Source: Rhizaria sp. SCN 62-66
Taxonomy: Eukaryota
Direction: 5' to 3'
Assembly: GCA_001724265.1 (NCBI GenBank)
Contig: MEDY01000067.1
Coordinates: 62,001-124,706, forward strand
Length of the DNA: 62,706 nucleotides
In this document: positions 11,431 to 24,367 of the stretch, in pieces
How the letters are laid out: every line of letters starts with the position of its first letter
How positions within the stretch are numbered: the stretch's first letter is position 1
Translations under genes and position numbers: made by a program
Notes under the pieces: generated by a model
The model's input: the letters and a program-made list of their open reading frames with translations, nothing else
Told to the model about the DNA's origin: nothing
The model's database searches: none

Positions 11431-12459
11431 TCAAACCTCTGACCGCAGCTCAAGCCTGCCGGGCCGCAGCAGCGCCGAGTCGAGCCTGGCCTCTACGGCG
11501 CCGCCCGCGCTGCCGCAGCCGTGCATAATCCCGATCACCACCAGCGCGCCCGCGCTCGCGTTCCCGGCGCTCTCACCGCTGCTCTCGTCCCTGTGAGTGC
11601 CGTTAGAGCGCGCAATGGTGGCGTTACGCGCGCGGTCGCCGACGGCGGTGACGTCGCCAGCAGCGGGCCCGTCCAGCGCAGTCAACAGATAGCCCACGAC
11701 AGCGTCGCCCGCACGATACACCTCGCGCTTGCTATTGCTGTTACCGTTGCTGTTGTTGGTAGACTGTGACTGTGAAGCCGGGGGGCCGCGAACGTGGCCG
11801 ATTGCGTCGATATTGTCGAGAATGACGACCTTGGGGGCAGAGTACGAGAACTGACACGGCTGCTCTGTCACAGCTGCGCTTTCGATGCGCTCAGCGGAGT
11901 CGGGCTTCGCAGCAGTGGCGTCAGCAGCAACAGAGGGCTCACCTGCAGTCCTACTGCTCATATCCGCCTTGTTGCTGTCTGCAGTAGCGTTCGTGACCGT
12001 GAGTAAAGGGGCCAGTGTGGCAATGATCTCCTTCTCGATCTCCTCCTGAAGCAGCGCCTCACGGTCCTCCGGCCTGACTTCCCCGCCGCGCGCCGCCAGC
12101 GCCTCCCTGGCGCGCTCCGCGGCTGCGCGACACAGCCTGTCGCAGTCCGCGACCACGACATCAGCGGCGTGCAGCTGGCCGGCGACGTGCCGCGCGAGCG
12201 CAGAGCGCGCCACGAGGGCCGGCGGGGCGGTCGATACGCCGTGAATAAGCAGGCCACAGGCGTCGCGGAGGCCTAGCGCGGCGCGCGCGGCGGGTGGCAG
12301 CTGGCGCGGCATGACGAGGCGGCGCATAAGGGCCGGCACGGCGGCAGAAGCGGGCAGGTTCGGCGGCAGCGGCGGTGCGGGGGCCGCTCCGGGGGCGCCG
12401 GGGGCGCCGGGGGCAGATGATGGCGGGGTGAGGCCCATCATGGCGAAGAGAGAATCCAT
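11431..12459 (-). CDS. NSF/Sec18 D1-like AAA+ domain protein with degenerate Walker motifs (probable pseudo-ATPase)
   Basis: RRLVMPRQLPPAARAALGLRDACGLLIHG, VVILDNIDAIG..R, DAVVGYLLTALDG, LVVIGI, RLDSALLRPGRLE follow the motif order of NSF D1. First ATG at 12459; the frame is open to 12564, and a possible acceptor near 12543 makes the start uncertain. Ends TGA. Confidence 0.7.
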   Translation of the reverse strand: MDSLFAMMGLTPPSSAPGAPGAPGAAPAPPLPPNLPASAAVPALMRRLVMPRQLPPAARAALGLRDACGLLIHGVSTAPPALVARSALARHVAGQLHAADVVVADCDRLCRAAAERAREALAARGGEVRPEDREALLQEEIEKEIIATLAPLLTVTNATADSNKADMSSRTAGEPSVAADATAAKPDSAERIESAAVTEQPCQFSYSAPKVVILDNIDAIGHVRGPPASQSQSTNNSNGNSNSKREVYRAGDAVVGYLLTALDGPAAGDVTAVGDRARNATIARSNGTHRDESSGESAGNASAGALVVIGIMHGCGSAGGAVEARLDSALLRPGRLELRSEV

Positions 12460-13127
12460 GGGGCGTTCGTGGGCAGCGGGGTAGCGCACGGGAAAGTGGG
12501 CGGGGAACGAAGGCTCAACAGGGGCAAGGTAGGATTTGGTCGCTAAGTGGGGGAATAAAGGCAATTGATGGTATTAAACCACAATTTTTCAAATAAAGTC
12601 GCATAAGTTAATAGATAGACCTTAGATTTAAGTCTGATAGTCGACGGTGTAGTGAAGGAGGTTCAGGGATGATAGAGGTAGTGGCATCGCAAAGGATCGC
12701 AACGAAAGGGACTTGATCAAGGTCAACAAAACAGTGTGAATCAAGCACTAGCGTCCGTCTGTGGATGACGCAATCTACTTCCAAATATTCCATACTGATT
12801 TAAATAAAATCTTTAAATTATGCATCTCGAACTTTCGTCTGTGGCTCTACACACTTCATCTGCTAACCGCCAACTTTGAATCTTGCCACCCTTTCCCGCC
12901 CACACTCATCTGCACTACATCGCATTCTTGCTCCTCGCAGCGAACCTTTTCGTCTACATAAACCTGTGTGCTGGCTTGGATCGCTATACTTAACGACTTT
13001 GGTGTGGGTATATTCCTAAAGCACCTGCAGCTTTTTTCTGCACAATCACCTTGAATCAAGGCAGGACGCGCGAACACACACAACAGCTCTCTGTGATCGC
13101 ACGGCACAGCAACCGCACGCGCCCCCA

Positions 13128-15849
13128 ATGTCCGGTTCCCTGCGCCGCCCCGATCCGATGCGCTCGGAGGCCGCGCTGCACCGCGCGTTTCCGCCGTCCG
13201 TGTTCTCGCAGATCGTGTACTTCGAGCAGGCTGTGCTGGCCGACTCAGCCTCGTTCAAGCACATCGGCTACCGCACCTTCGTCGTGACCCAGGACGCCTT
13301 CTACGTGCTCGACCTGGAGAAGCCCGGCACCCGGCCCGACCACGCCGTCGCCTTTACTGATGTTGCGCTGGTGGACGTGCTCGAGGACGCTGCGCAGTTC
13401 TTCCCCGAGGACCTCGCGGCGCTCACCACGCACATCCGCCTCCACCTCTCGGCCGCCGCGCCGCTCACCTCGCTCGCCGCCTTCGCCGGCCCGCACGCGC
13501 AGACTGACGGCGCGCTGGCCGGGCCCTGGCCCGGCAGCAGCGCCGGCGTCGCCACGACGGTGCAGCGCGCGCCCGCGCCCTCGGCGTCCGCGCTCGGCGG
13601 TGAAGGGGCGGCCTCGGTGACGGACACGACGCCGCTGCTGGCGACCGGCGGCGCGCAGAGCGTGCCCACGGCCGGCGTCGCCACGGTGTCAGCGAGCAAC
13701 GGCAGCGGACTGATTGACTTCTACTCGATCTATGAGGACTCGCAGCTGCTGTACTACCTGCAGAGGACCTGGATGCACGCCAAAACGGTACGTTTGCGCC
13801 GCAAATCTACATGCGCGTTCACATTTCACCTACGCGGGCCTAGAGTTAACACTAAATACTTTATTAATGTGTTACCTTTTCAAAAATAAGTTGTTTCACT
13901 GCACATTTCTGACTCTTGACTGGAACCTCGCACTAACCTCGCACTCTTCACACTTTGCTTTGTATAGCGCGAGTCCCTGCCACTGCTGTACATAACGCGC
14001 CCCACCGCGGGCTCCTTGCTCTCGCAGCTGCCCTCGGCCTCGGCCGTCGGCGCCGTGTTCGCCGAGCTTAAGCGCCTCTATTTTGCCTGCGCCCCCGGGC
14101 TCCCGTCCCTCACAAACCCCAACAGCACCAGCAACAGCAACAGCAACAGTGCTGGCGCGAGTTCAGTGGTGGCGTCGTACGGCGCGGCCCCCGCGTCGCA
14201 CGCGCCGACACTGACGGCGCTCTCGGCCGCGCTGACGCCTGTGCCGCTGCCCGCGCTGTCTCCTGCAGCCGTGGAGGCGCGCGTGGCGCTCACGGTCACC
14301 AAGCTGCGCGCGCTGGAGATGCTGGTGCTGCTGCTGTGCGGGCCTCTCGCCCTTCGCGCGCAGCGGCTGCTGCTGGCCGACGCCGCGCTGGTTGAGGCGT
14401 TGCTGGGCGAGGCGGCGGCGTATCTCCCGGACGTGGTGCCGTACTTGGCGGGGCAGGCGGCGGCCATGGCGGAGCAGCCGCTGGAGGACCCCGCCGAGGC
14501 CGAGGCGCAGATGCGCGTCGCTAAGGCCGCCGCTGCCGAGGCCGCCGCGCTCGCCGCCAACAGCAAGGACTCGGTTGCGATCAACGGCGGCATTGTGCCG
14601 ATGATGAAAACCGCGCCGGGCGCTAAACCTGGCGCTGGCGGTGAGAACGCGCGTGAGGAGACTGTGGCCGTGTCGGTCGAGGACGGCCGCGGGTGGGAAA
14701 GCGAGGCCGCCGTGTACGAATCTCGGCCCGGACACGCCGTGGAGGAGCTGGCCAAGGTCGACTACCTCATCACCATTCTCACCGTGCTGCACAGGACTTT
14801 CGACGGCGCGCACGCGCTGGGACCCGCACGCGTGCACTTGGGTACGTTAAGCTTCGTGTCGACCGTCCACTTCCGAGTGTCGTGATGACTAATTTTCATA
14901 TGTGTTGACATGAAATGCAAATTAATCAGAATTTGATATGAAATATACGCTCAATAATATTTTTTTGTTTGATTTTTTTGTTTTGTGCAACTCCATAGTG
15001 ACGCAAGGCTCGTCGTCGCGGCTGCACGCCAAGCTGCTGACGATGCTGTTGGCGGACCCAGCCCGTACGCGCGCCGCCGGCACGGCCCACGCGCGCCTCG
15101 CGGCGGCGCGGCGGCGCGCGCAGGGCCGCGCCCGCGTGCGCGCCGAGGCGCAGCGCTGGGCGCGGGAGCGTGAGGACGCGATGCGCGGTGCGGGCGCCGG
15201 ACTGGCCGCGGTCGATGCCGCGGTCGCGGAGGAGGAGCGGACCGCGCAGGACGTGTTCGCGAAGCTCAAGCTGAAGCTCTTCGAGCTCGACAACCACGCG
15301 GGGTGTCTGCTGTCGGTGCTCTTCGACACGTTCGACCACGCGCGCGTGCTGACGGCGCCCTCGACCGCGCCCTCCACGGCCGGCGCGGCCTCGGCCGCCT
15401 CGCGCCGCGCCGCGCTCACGGCTGCGGGGCCCGGTGCGGGCACGGGGCTGGTGTCGATCAACGCATCGGTCCCCGCGGGCGCGCTGGCGGCGATGGTGTC
15501 GGTGGACACGCTCGCGCAGTTCCTGCTCACGGTCCCGGGGTTCGAGGCCGAGCGTGCGCCCGCGCTACTGCGGCGCGCGGCGGCGCTGCTGGGGCAGAAG
15601 CAGGCGCCGCACATGGGCTACTTCGCGTGCTGCGCACTTGACTGCGTGGTCAAGACGGCGGCGCGCGGGGAGACGCTGCGCGCGAGGCTGGCGCGCGATT
15701 GCGCTGAGCTGCTGCGGCACGAGCTGGGCAGCAAGGACGTCGCAGAGAGGTGCGCGGGCAGCCAGTACTTCTACTACAGGCGTGCGGGGGAGCTTGTCAA
15801 GAGTCTGCTCCGAATGGTGGGTCGAGACGGGGAGCGCATCATGGTCTAA
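13128..15849 (+). CDS. C12orf56 / DUF4551-like protein (about 794 aa, three exons)
   Basis: Exons 13128-13787, 13968-14841, 14999-15849 (GTACGT donors, TAG acceptors; 2385 nt, in frame). N-terminus (LHRAFPPSVFSQIVYFEQAVL...AVAFTDVALVDVLEDAAQFFPEDLAALTTHIRL; IDFYSIYEDSQLLYYLQRTW) resembles C12orf56 as recalled. Ends TAA. Confidence 0.7.
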
Positions 15850-16442
15850 GCGTCGCGGCCGCGCACGAATGCGCCCGATGTGAGTGTTACATAGAACTTG
15901 CTAGGTTATATTGACTTAATTATAGCTTCATTGTGGTGAATAAACTTGAATTATGATGTATTCTAGTCGTATAATATACATGTGTTGATCCCATCGAGTG
16001 CTCGACATTTCTTACGTACGAATACTCGAGAACAGGAGTATTTTGATGTCGCGGCTGTGACAAAGACGCTCGTTGGAGTTTCTGGCGTGGCAGTGGCTGA
16101 TACCTGGCGAGCCCAGAACACAAGTCTCAATATATCGCAATTTTCGTCGTCATATTTGAAATTGGCGTTGAAATCAAATAATATTTTGTACATTGGATAT
16201 TAATATTTAATTAAATCTGACGAGTACGTGATGATAGTACTACCTAAGCAATTTAGCTCAGCCATCTCCTCCTCACCTTTCCCATCAATATCGCATCAGG
16301 CATCACTCTCGCGTGCGAGGTTGATACCTGACGCAACAATCCCCCGAGCTTGGCGCGACACAGTCACATGTCTTAGAACGACGCCCCACAAGTAGCGTCT
16401 TCCTTCGATCACTCTGTATTGCACACAGCCTTCAACACAGGC

Positions 16443-16808
16443 ATGGCCGACGATCCTGCTGCAGCTGCTCGAGCAGCTGCCGCCGAGGCCGCCGCGTTCA
16501 CCTCATCGATAACTGCTGGGCCCGGCACTCACAACCTGTCTGCAACCGCGCATGTGCCATTAGCAGCGCCGATGCCGGCTTCCTTAGCGTCTCCTTTCGA
16601 GCACGCACTTCAATCAACGCAGCAGCGCCAACAATCGTTGGCATCCTCTGCTTCAGCATTCGTGCCGCAGCCGCAGCCACGTCCGCAGACGGGCTACGTC
16701 AGCGCGCCCATGATTGACACAGACAGCAGCAGCAGTCCTGCTGGCTCCAGCGACGCTAGCTTTGCCCCATCTGCGACTGCTGCGGCAGCTGCTGCGACAG
16801 CTGCTGCC

Positions 16809-16845
<37 letters not shown>

Positions 16846-19800
16846 GTGTTTCAGTTGCTGACGACACTGACTTTTAGTTGGGCGACGACGATGTCGTTGT
16901 CACACATGCAGTCACCGGCAAACGTTTTATCTCTGTGAAACAGGAGCCTGGCTTGGAGAAAACGTCCTCCCAAACGCACGCCAAATCCCACTCCGGTGCG
17001 AGAGCAAGCGCGAGTGCGGGTGACAACGCCCGTCAGAACGCCAGCTCGAGCGCGGGTCCGCATGCCAAGCGCGCCCGCTTCAGCTCGAACTTCCACGCCG
17101 GGGACGCAGACGAAGTGACTCTTCTTGACGACGACGATGACGATGATGACGACGGCGACGACAATGCTGGCGGCGGCATCCCAGGCAGCAGTGATTGCCA
17201 CGACGGCGACTACGGCGCGGACGAGTTGATGCTGAGCTACTGCAGCGTGTGCCACTTTAACGCGACGCTCGACGGCGACACCACGGTGCTTGTGTGCGAC
17301 TTCTGCGGCACGCACGTGCACCGGCTCTGCTACGGCGCGCTCGAGCCCGCGGGCGAGCTCGAGTGGCTTTGTGACCCGTGCCAAGATGCAGTGCTCTGCG
17401 CCACGCTCGTTGCGGCGCGCGCGGGCGGCAAAGACCCCGCCGCGCTGCTCGACGCCCACGGCGCGGGGCTTGCGCCGCCGCCCGGTCCCGGCGCGCGCGA
17501 TGACCCCAGCGCCGCCGCCACGGCCGCAAACAGCGGCGCCGCAAACAGAGGCACCTCGACTTCGAAGAGGAGGCTGCGGCGCGTGGGCGAAGGGCTGATC
17601 GTGCGGTCCGCGCCCGCACCCTTCGCGCCGTCCCGTGCGCTCGCGCTGTCAGAGGCGACGGCGGCCGCGGTGGCGCACGCGTGCGCGGCCATGGACCCCT
17701 CAGTCGTCGCCGCCGTCGCCGAGCGCGCCGTCGCCGAGATCGCCGCCGCGCGGGGCCCGCACGCCGCCGCCGCACGTACCGTGGGGCCCGCACTGTGGCG
17801 CGCCGCGGGGGGCGCCGACCCGCGCCGGGCGCTGCCCACGGCGAGCGGCGCGCTGCGGGCCGCGGCGACCGAGGCGGCGGCGCGCGCGGCCGAAGCGCCA
17901 GGGCCCGGACTGGTATCCTACGCGGCGGCCCCGCGGTGCCCGCTGCGGGAGCGGCGCGCGCTGGCGCGGCTGCACCGCGAGGCGCAGATCGTTCAGTACG
18001 CAATCGCGGTCGCAGGCGATGCCGCCGACTCGGACGCGGACGACGGCGACGGCAGCGGGATGCAGAGCGAGCACATCAGCCTCGGCGCGAGCAGCGGCGC
18101 CATCCGACATAACAACAGCGGCAGCGCCATCCACCTCAGCAGCGACGACGACGGCAGAGCCGCGCGCGTGGCGACCCTCGGGTCCGGCGCCGGCGGGGCC
18201 GGAGTATCTAGTCGCCCCACGCTCTCCTCGTCGCCGCTGGATTTCAGCGGGTCGCGTGCGTTCCAAGAGCTGTTGCATGCCGACAGCGACGACGACATCG
18301 GCTCGGTCAGCGCAGTGCTCAAGCTCGGCCACACCAACAGCAACAGCGGCGCCGCCGGCCTCAATGCGGCGGCGGCTGCAGCGGCAGCGCAGTTGCCGGG
18401 CTGCGGCCGCAGTGGCAGCGGGCGTCGCGGGGCCGCGGGGCGGGGCGGCGCGGCGGCCACGTACGCGCTGCCGCTGCTGCCCGCGACAGTGACGGCTCTG
18501 GAACGCGGTGCCGCCCCGGCGCTTGACGCGCTCGCTGAGGAGGTCGACGCGCGCCGCCAGCGCAACCAGCAGTCTCGCCAGCAACTGCAGCAGCAGCAGG
18601 AACAGCAGCCGCCGAGGGGGCAGCGCGCGGCAGGGTTCCTGTCGTTCCCGCCCGCGGTGGCTGCGGCGACGCTGCCGGCGTGCGCGGACCTCTCGCTGGC
18701 GGCGCCAGACCCCCTGCTGCGCCTGGGCTCGCATCTCTCGCGACGTGCGCTCATGACGGCGCTGCCGCAGCCGGCGTCGCTGGTGTCGTTCCCGGCGCCC
18801 GCGGACCGGTCGACGGCCGCGCAGAAAGCCCCGCGCAGCGCCGCGTTCCAGCAGCGGATGTCGGCGTGCTGCGAGCTGTGCGGCATGTCCACGCGCCAGA
18901 CGCTTGCCGCCGCGGGGTCGCGCGCGCCCGCCGCCGCGCAGCAGGTCGCGCTGAACACCAAGTTCCCGCACGGCATCGCCACCATGGCGCTCAAGCGGCT
19001 GCCCCCGCACGCCGCGGAGCCCGCGCTCGACGCCGTCATCGCCGCGCTGCTTGCGGTGCGGCCGCCGGAGCTCTTGGGCGACCGCGCCGCGCTCGCGGCC
19101 GCGCAGCGCGCCTCAGAGGCCGCCGACGCCGCGGCCGCCGCGGCCGCCTACGCTGCTGCTGCCACTACTGCTGGTGGTGGTGGCGCGAGCGCGAGCGCGA
19201 GTCCTGGTGCGTCGGCGGAAGAGGCGGCTGTGGAGGCTGCGCGGCGCAAGGAGCGCTCGCGCGCGGCGGCGGCGCTGGCGTCTGTGGTCGACAACTGGCA
19301 GTGGGCGCAGGCAGTGGCGCTGACGGAGCTGCACGCGGCGGCTAAGCGCGCGCCGCTGGTGACGACTGTGCCAGTGGGCCCCAACCGGCCGCGCATCCCG
19401 GGGCCCGTTGACCTCGACGCTCACAGCGATGCCAGCACCAACAACAGCGGTGCTGATAAGTATAAGGATAACAACAAGGACAATGCTGCCGGAGATGGCA
19501 ACGCAGTGATCGCTCAGGACAGCGATGCAGAGCGCGGTCGCGGCAAACAACAGCTGCGCACAGTGGCGCGCGAGCGCGTACGTCGGCGCGTGCGCGCGGC
19601 GCTCGAAGCCGCGTCGCAGCGCCGCCTCTCTGCGCTCGAGGTCTACACGCCCGCGGAGGCCGACGCTGTGCGCGCCGCCGCGCTCCGCCAGCATCTCCAG
19701 TCCCTGTCGCTCGCGGGCGGCATGTCGCGAGACGGAGCGGCCGCGACGGACGCGCTGCCTGCGGCGGACGCGTTGCTGGCGGCGCCTGCACGGTACGTGC

Positions 19801-22703
19801 ACGGCGCGTGCCTGCTGTTCGCGCACCCGCGCGCATACAGCCAGTGGCAGCAGGCGCTGGCGTCGCAGCTCGCGCTGCCGGAGCCGCTGCTCGCGCCGCT
19901 GCTGCCGCCGCCGCGCTTCACCGTTCCATCTGCGCCCGCGCCCGTGCCCGCGCGTGGTGCCGGTGGCAGAGATGCGGACCGGTTGCGGAACAGAAACAAG
20001 GCCAGGGATAAGGCCAACGGCGGCCCTGCGATGGCGCCCGAGCTGACGCTGTCGCTGTCGCCGCTGAACTTCGCGTTCCTGCCCCCCGACTCTGCGCTGA
20101 GCGACGGCGACGGCGAGGCCGACATGCGCGAGCATCGATGCGCCGACTGCCGCGGTCCGGGCGCGCGCGTGCACTGCGACGCGAGCGACGCGTGCCGCCA
20201 CACACAACACGTGACGTGCTCGAAACAGTTTCTCGAGGCGCGGTTCGTCTTCGCCGACGCACGCGTGCTCGCCGAGACGCCCGAGGCGCGCAGCGCGCCC
20301 GCGGCGGCGCTCGCAGCCCACGAGGCCGCGGTGCGCGAGCGAGAATGCGAGTTGCTCAAGGCCAAGAGGGAGGCTAGGGCTGCGAAAGCCGTCAAGGCCG
20401 GCAAGGCGGCCAAGGCGGCTGCCAAAGACGCTCCATCTGCGGCTGCGAAGGGGAAAGGCAAGGACAGCAAGTCTGCGAGTCGCGTTCAAGACGACGATGA
20501 CGTGGACGACAGCGCGCTGACCTCCGACGCCGAGGCCGACGCGAACATGGCCGCGGACGAGTGGCTGGGCGGCAGCGACGACGACGGCGACGACGGCGGC
20601 GGCACAGGCTTTCGCGCGGCGCGGCCGCTGGGCGAGGCGGTGCACGTCGAGGGTGAGCGCGCGCCGCGGTGGCACCTGCGGTACGTGCGCATGACGGGCT
20701 GCCCCGCGCACGTGGTCGAGGGCGCGCGATACAAGGAGCTTGCCACGGCGGCGCAGGCCGCGGCGGAGGCCGTGTTCCGCGCGCGCAGCGGCGGGCCTGC
20801 GCCCTCCGTGCCTGTGACGGCGCTGCATTCGCACTGGAGAGCGCCGTCGCTCGCACCCGCAGCCCCCTTGGCGTCAGCCTCCGCGCTGGCGGCACCTGCG
20901 GCGCGCGCCTCTCATGTGGCTTCTGCTGTAAAGGAGAGCGCGGTCACAATCGCGCTGACAGCGGCGGCAGCGGCAACGCAGCCAGCTGAATTAGGGCAAG
21001 GCCTGGGGCCCATCCGTCAGAAGATGAAATATTTTATCAACGCATCGCGCCAGAAAGAGCACAAACGTGGGGAGGTGCATTCTGCCAATAATGCTGACTG
21101 TGCCTCTAATTCTAACATGAACAGCGATACTATTCTTGATTCTGGCTCGCCGGACATTCAGACTATTACCACTGGCTTAAGTGGAAGCGTGATTCCATCG
21201 TCTCTTGGCAATGTGCCTGTTGGGCATGCAGCGAAACCAAGGCGTGCTTCGCGATTTAACGAGGAGCCTGTCCCCGTTTTCGACGATGACGACGATGACA
21301 GCACTGTCGGAGGGAATGCTTCTGCTGCTGCTGGTTATGACATCAGTGCATCTGCCGAAGTTATTGATTTAGACTCCGATGTTTCTACGGTTTGTGACGA
21401 TGATGATAGCAACGACGATGACGGTTTCAAGATTGTCGGTGTTAAGATCCCGTCGCAGACGCAGCAGCTACGCGACCGTACGCAACGTCGCCAGCTCGCG
21501 CTGCAGCAGAAGCTCCAGTCCCGCCCGCAACCGGGGACGGATTCGGACAGTGAGGGTGACCATGCAAAGGTCGCGAGGCCCGTGGGCGCAGCGGTGGTGG
21601 TGGCCATCCGCGACGCGTAGCAAGCGCGTGGCGCGGCCATGTTGCAACTGCCCGAGCTCTTCAAGACTCAATCGCACGCTGATGTAACTTCGTCAGCCTC
21701 CGAAATGGACTCCACCCTGCTGCCACGGGCACCCCTGGGCATTTCTGCATCGGCCTCGCTGCCAGCGAAACTGTCACACGCGCAGGCGCGGACACAGGCC
21801 CATACGCAGGCGCCGACTCTGTCTCCCAATTGCGGCGCTGCTGCGACGTCGTCGTCGGCGGCGCCGTCGGCGTTAGCAAGTGTGCGCCCGGCTCAGCCCC
21901 GCTCGCAGACGCCGCCTAAGGGGGTGCAAACTGCTCCGGGCCGGTTTCAGCTGCAGCAACAGCATCAGCAGCAGCAGCGACAGCAACAGTGGCAGCAAAA
22001 CCCGCACAACGTTTCGTCGCACCGGTCGGCGTCAGCGTCGCTGCCTCCGTCGTCGGGTCGACCGCAGCCACAGCTTCAGGGCGCGAAGCCTGTGGCGTAC
22101 AGCTCTATTCCCACTCCTCAGCAGCAGCACGATCGTATGGCGGCGCAACAGAAACAACAGCCGACACTGGCGTTTAAGAACAAGATAGCTCCCGTCGTCG
22201 CTAGCATTGCGCCGAATCAGTTTTCGCGCCAACACGCTCACAAAAACCCGGCCTCGGGCTCTAACAGCGTGCTCTCGAACGCGAACAACAAGCAACACTG
22301 GCCCCAGGCTTCGTGGCCAATGCGGCCCGCACTGCAGAGCAGCGACCGTAGCGAACGCGCGCCCACTGCGTCTGCGAGCGCGGGCAGCGCGGGCGCAAGC
22401 GCGGGCGCGGGCGCGGGCGCTGGCGCGGGCGCGGGCGCTGGCGCTGGTGTTGATGTGGCTGTGGCTGCGGCTGCGAGCGCGAGCCCCGTCGTTGGCAATA
22501 GTACCGGTGAGAAAGAGCTTGACGCAGAGCGTGCGCAACGACGGAATGAAATCCGCGCGCAACTTGCCAAGCGAAACAAGCCGGTTGTGTCTTATGCGCT
22601 ACCTGCGGGGACCCTGAGTGCCAACACAGTCACCAGTCCCCGCAGCGACAGCAGCGGTCGGAGTGCGACTTCAGATAGCAGTGCAAGTGGTGCCGCACAG
22701 TAA
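16443..22703 (+). CDS. PHD finger plus extended PHD (PZP-type; BRPF/JADE/AF10/PHF14-like) chromatin reader, about 2086 aa, with two in-frame TAGs
   Basis: ORFs 16419..16877, 16878..21620 and 21639..22703 are one frame separated only by TAG 16875-16877 and TAG 21618-21620. ATG 16443, final TAA. PHD1: CSVC...VLVCDFCGTHVHRLCYG...WLCDPC (about 17241-17381). Extended-PHD ligands: CELC (18870), ALKR, YVHGAC, CADC..G..VHC....C...QHVTC, GCPAH (about 20700). Confidence 0.8.
16775..16845 (+). repeat. Imperfect (GCT)n microsatellite encoding poly-Ala
   Basis: gctgctgcgacagctgctgccgctgctgctgctgttgctgctgctgctgctgctgct, in frame in the PHD gene. Confidence 0.9.
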
Positions 22704-23069
22704 ACGATGCCGATGATCCCTATACATGATAGTTGTAGACGTACGAATATATTTAGCTTAATACTACATAAGAAGAAACAGTGGATTTCGTTTGATTTCA
22801 AAATAACAACTATGTATTGAGGTCACAGCGCGCGCAATTGCAGGACTTTCATTGCTTCCATTTATAGAAACAGTATGCTATTTGACTGCGATTTTCGTTC
22901 GCGCGTTCGACTAACAAGGCCACATTAACATTAAATCAATGCAACCCTCGACTGGAATTGTGCGATGCGAGAACAGTGGGTACCGGATGGGTGGTGCGTT
23001 ACGCGTGCTTTTTCTTTGCGAAGAGCAAAGCGACTAACGGCATTGAGGTGCTTGTTAGGCGTCGAGTGC

Positions 23070-23693
23070 TTACTGGGGGTTGCGGAGAACGATAATGACG
23101 TTGTCACCGCGAAGGAACATCTTAGAAATAAAGCTGTAGGTGGAGAGTAGAGCGATGTGTGAAACAAAATGGAGAAGTGAGCATAGTGTGCGACACGAGG
23201 AGAGAAGTGCGCCGAGAGTGTGATAGTGAATTGGAAGACAAGCAAATGTTATGCAGAGCATATAGATATCGTGTGGTAGGTTGCGCGCGTGACTTACCGG
23301 TCCTTCATAGTGGGCTCTGCCTTCTTCTGTCCCTTGCCCTTCTTGGGGTACTCAGTCCAGATCTCCTGGACGTTCTCGAGGATCATGTTGAAGTGGCGGT
23401 CGAAGGCCTTGACGCGGCCCACCAGCTTCTTATTGTTGCGGCAGTTGATCATCACGGGGGACTTCTGCTTCACGGCCTCAGTCAGCATCGATAGAGGCCC
23501 AGTGCGCAGGGCCTCCATCTGGGCCTGCATCTCCTCGGAAAGCGGCTCACTGTAGGTTGGCAGAGAAAGTTGGCGATCAGAGTGTGGTGAGCGGGTTAGC
23601 GTACAAACAAAGTGACTATGAGGGCGATAGAAAGAGAATCAAGGTAGATAAAGAAAATTATGTGCTGAAAAAAAGAATATAAACGCACCTCAT
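23070..23693 (-). CDS. SNRPD2: Small nuclear ribonucleoprotein Sm D2, 106 aa
   Basis: Exons 23693-23689 (ATGAG micro-exon), 23549-23298, 23133-23070 (321 nt). Signature [51 protein letters not shown]...[22 protein letters not shown]. Ends TAA. Confidence 0.95.
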
Positions 23694-24367
23694 TTGTTTC
23701 GACGCTAATTGACAGTTTCCTGGCAAGACAAGAAGAGTTCAAAGTTAAGCTCAGATCGTGATTCCCAAGCCAGTCGCTGGGCCAGAGTAAGAGAAGACAG
23801 TAAGAATTGCATCCGCAAGTATAAAAATTTACATAACTCAACCATATAATCTTTGATTGGTGTATACACTTGATATTTTATTTCTCCGTAGATTTCTTGT
23901 AAAGAGCAGTCAGTAATAGAAAACCCGAGCATTTAGTAAATCATAGGGCGCCTTGATTTTACATCAGAAAGTTCTTTTATCATCAGGGAGTTACTAGCAA
24001 CTGTCACGCAGTCGCTGTCTCTGCACCTCGCGCGCAGCTATCTGTGCGAAACCAGACTCGCTGCCTTGGCAAGAAGTGTACTCAAACATAAACAACATCA
24101 AAAAGAGATGTAAGAGCCTTAAAACTGTTTGCTGCTGTTCCCCTCGATCCTTTTCACTACAAGTCTATGAATTCATTCAAGTTGGTCAAAAATCGTATCT
24201 TTGTTTTATCCGTTAAAATTCGAAGGAATACATTACTAGTTAAGCTTACACGTTAATTTTTTGTCACTCCGCGCGCACCGCGCTGTATACGCGCACATCA
24301 CACGTCACGCTCGTTTTAAAATGTTATCTCGACAGTGAAAGCTGCAAGCATGTCGGCAGCCACAGAC

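Noticed and set aside
16855-16877. ACTGACTTTTAG resembles a branch point plus 3' splice site, which would explain this TAG as an intron end
   Set aside because: No GTACGT-type donor or AT-rich intron body lies upstream, and 16443-16874 is open and coding-like. Not fully excluded; this is the weakest of the 11 sites.
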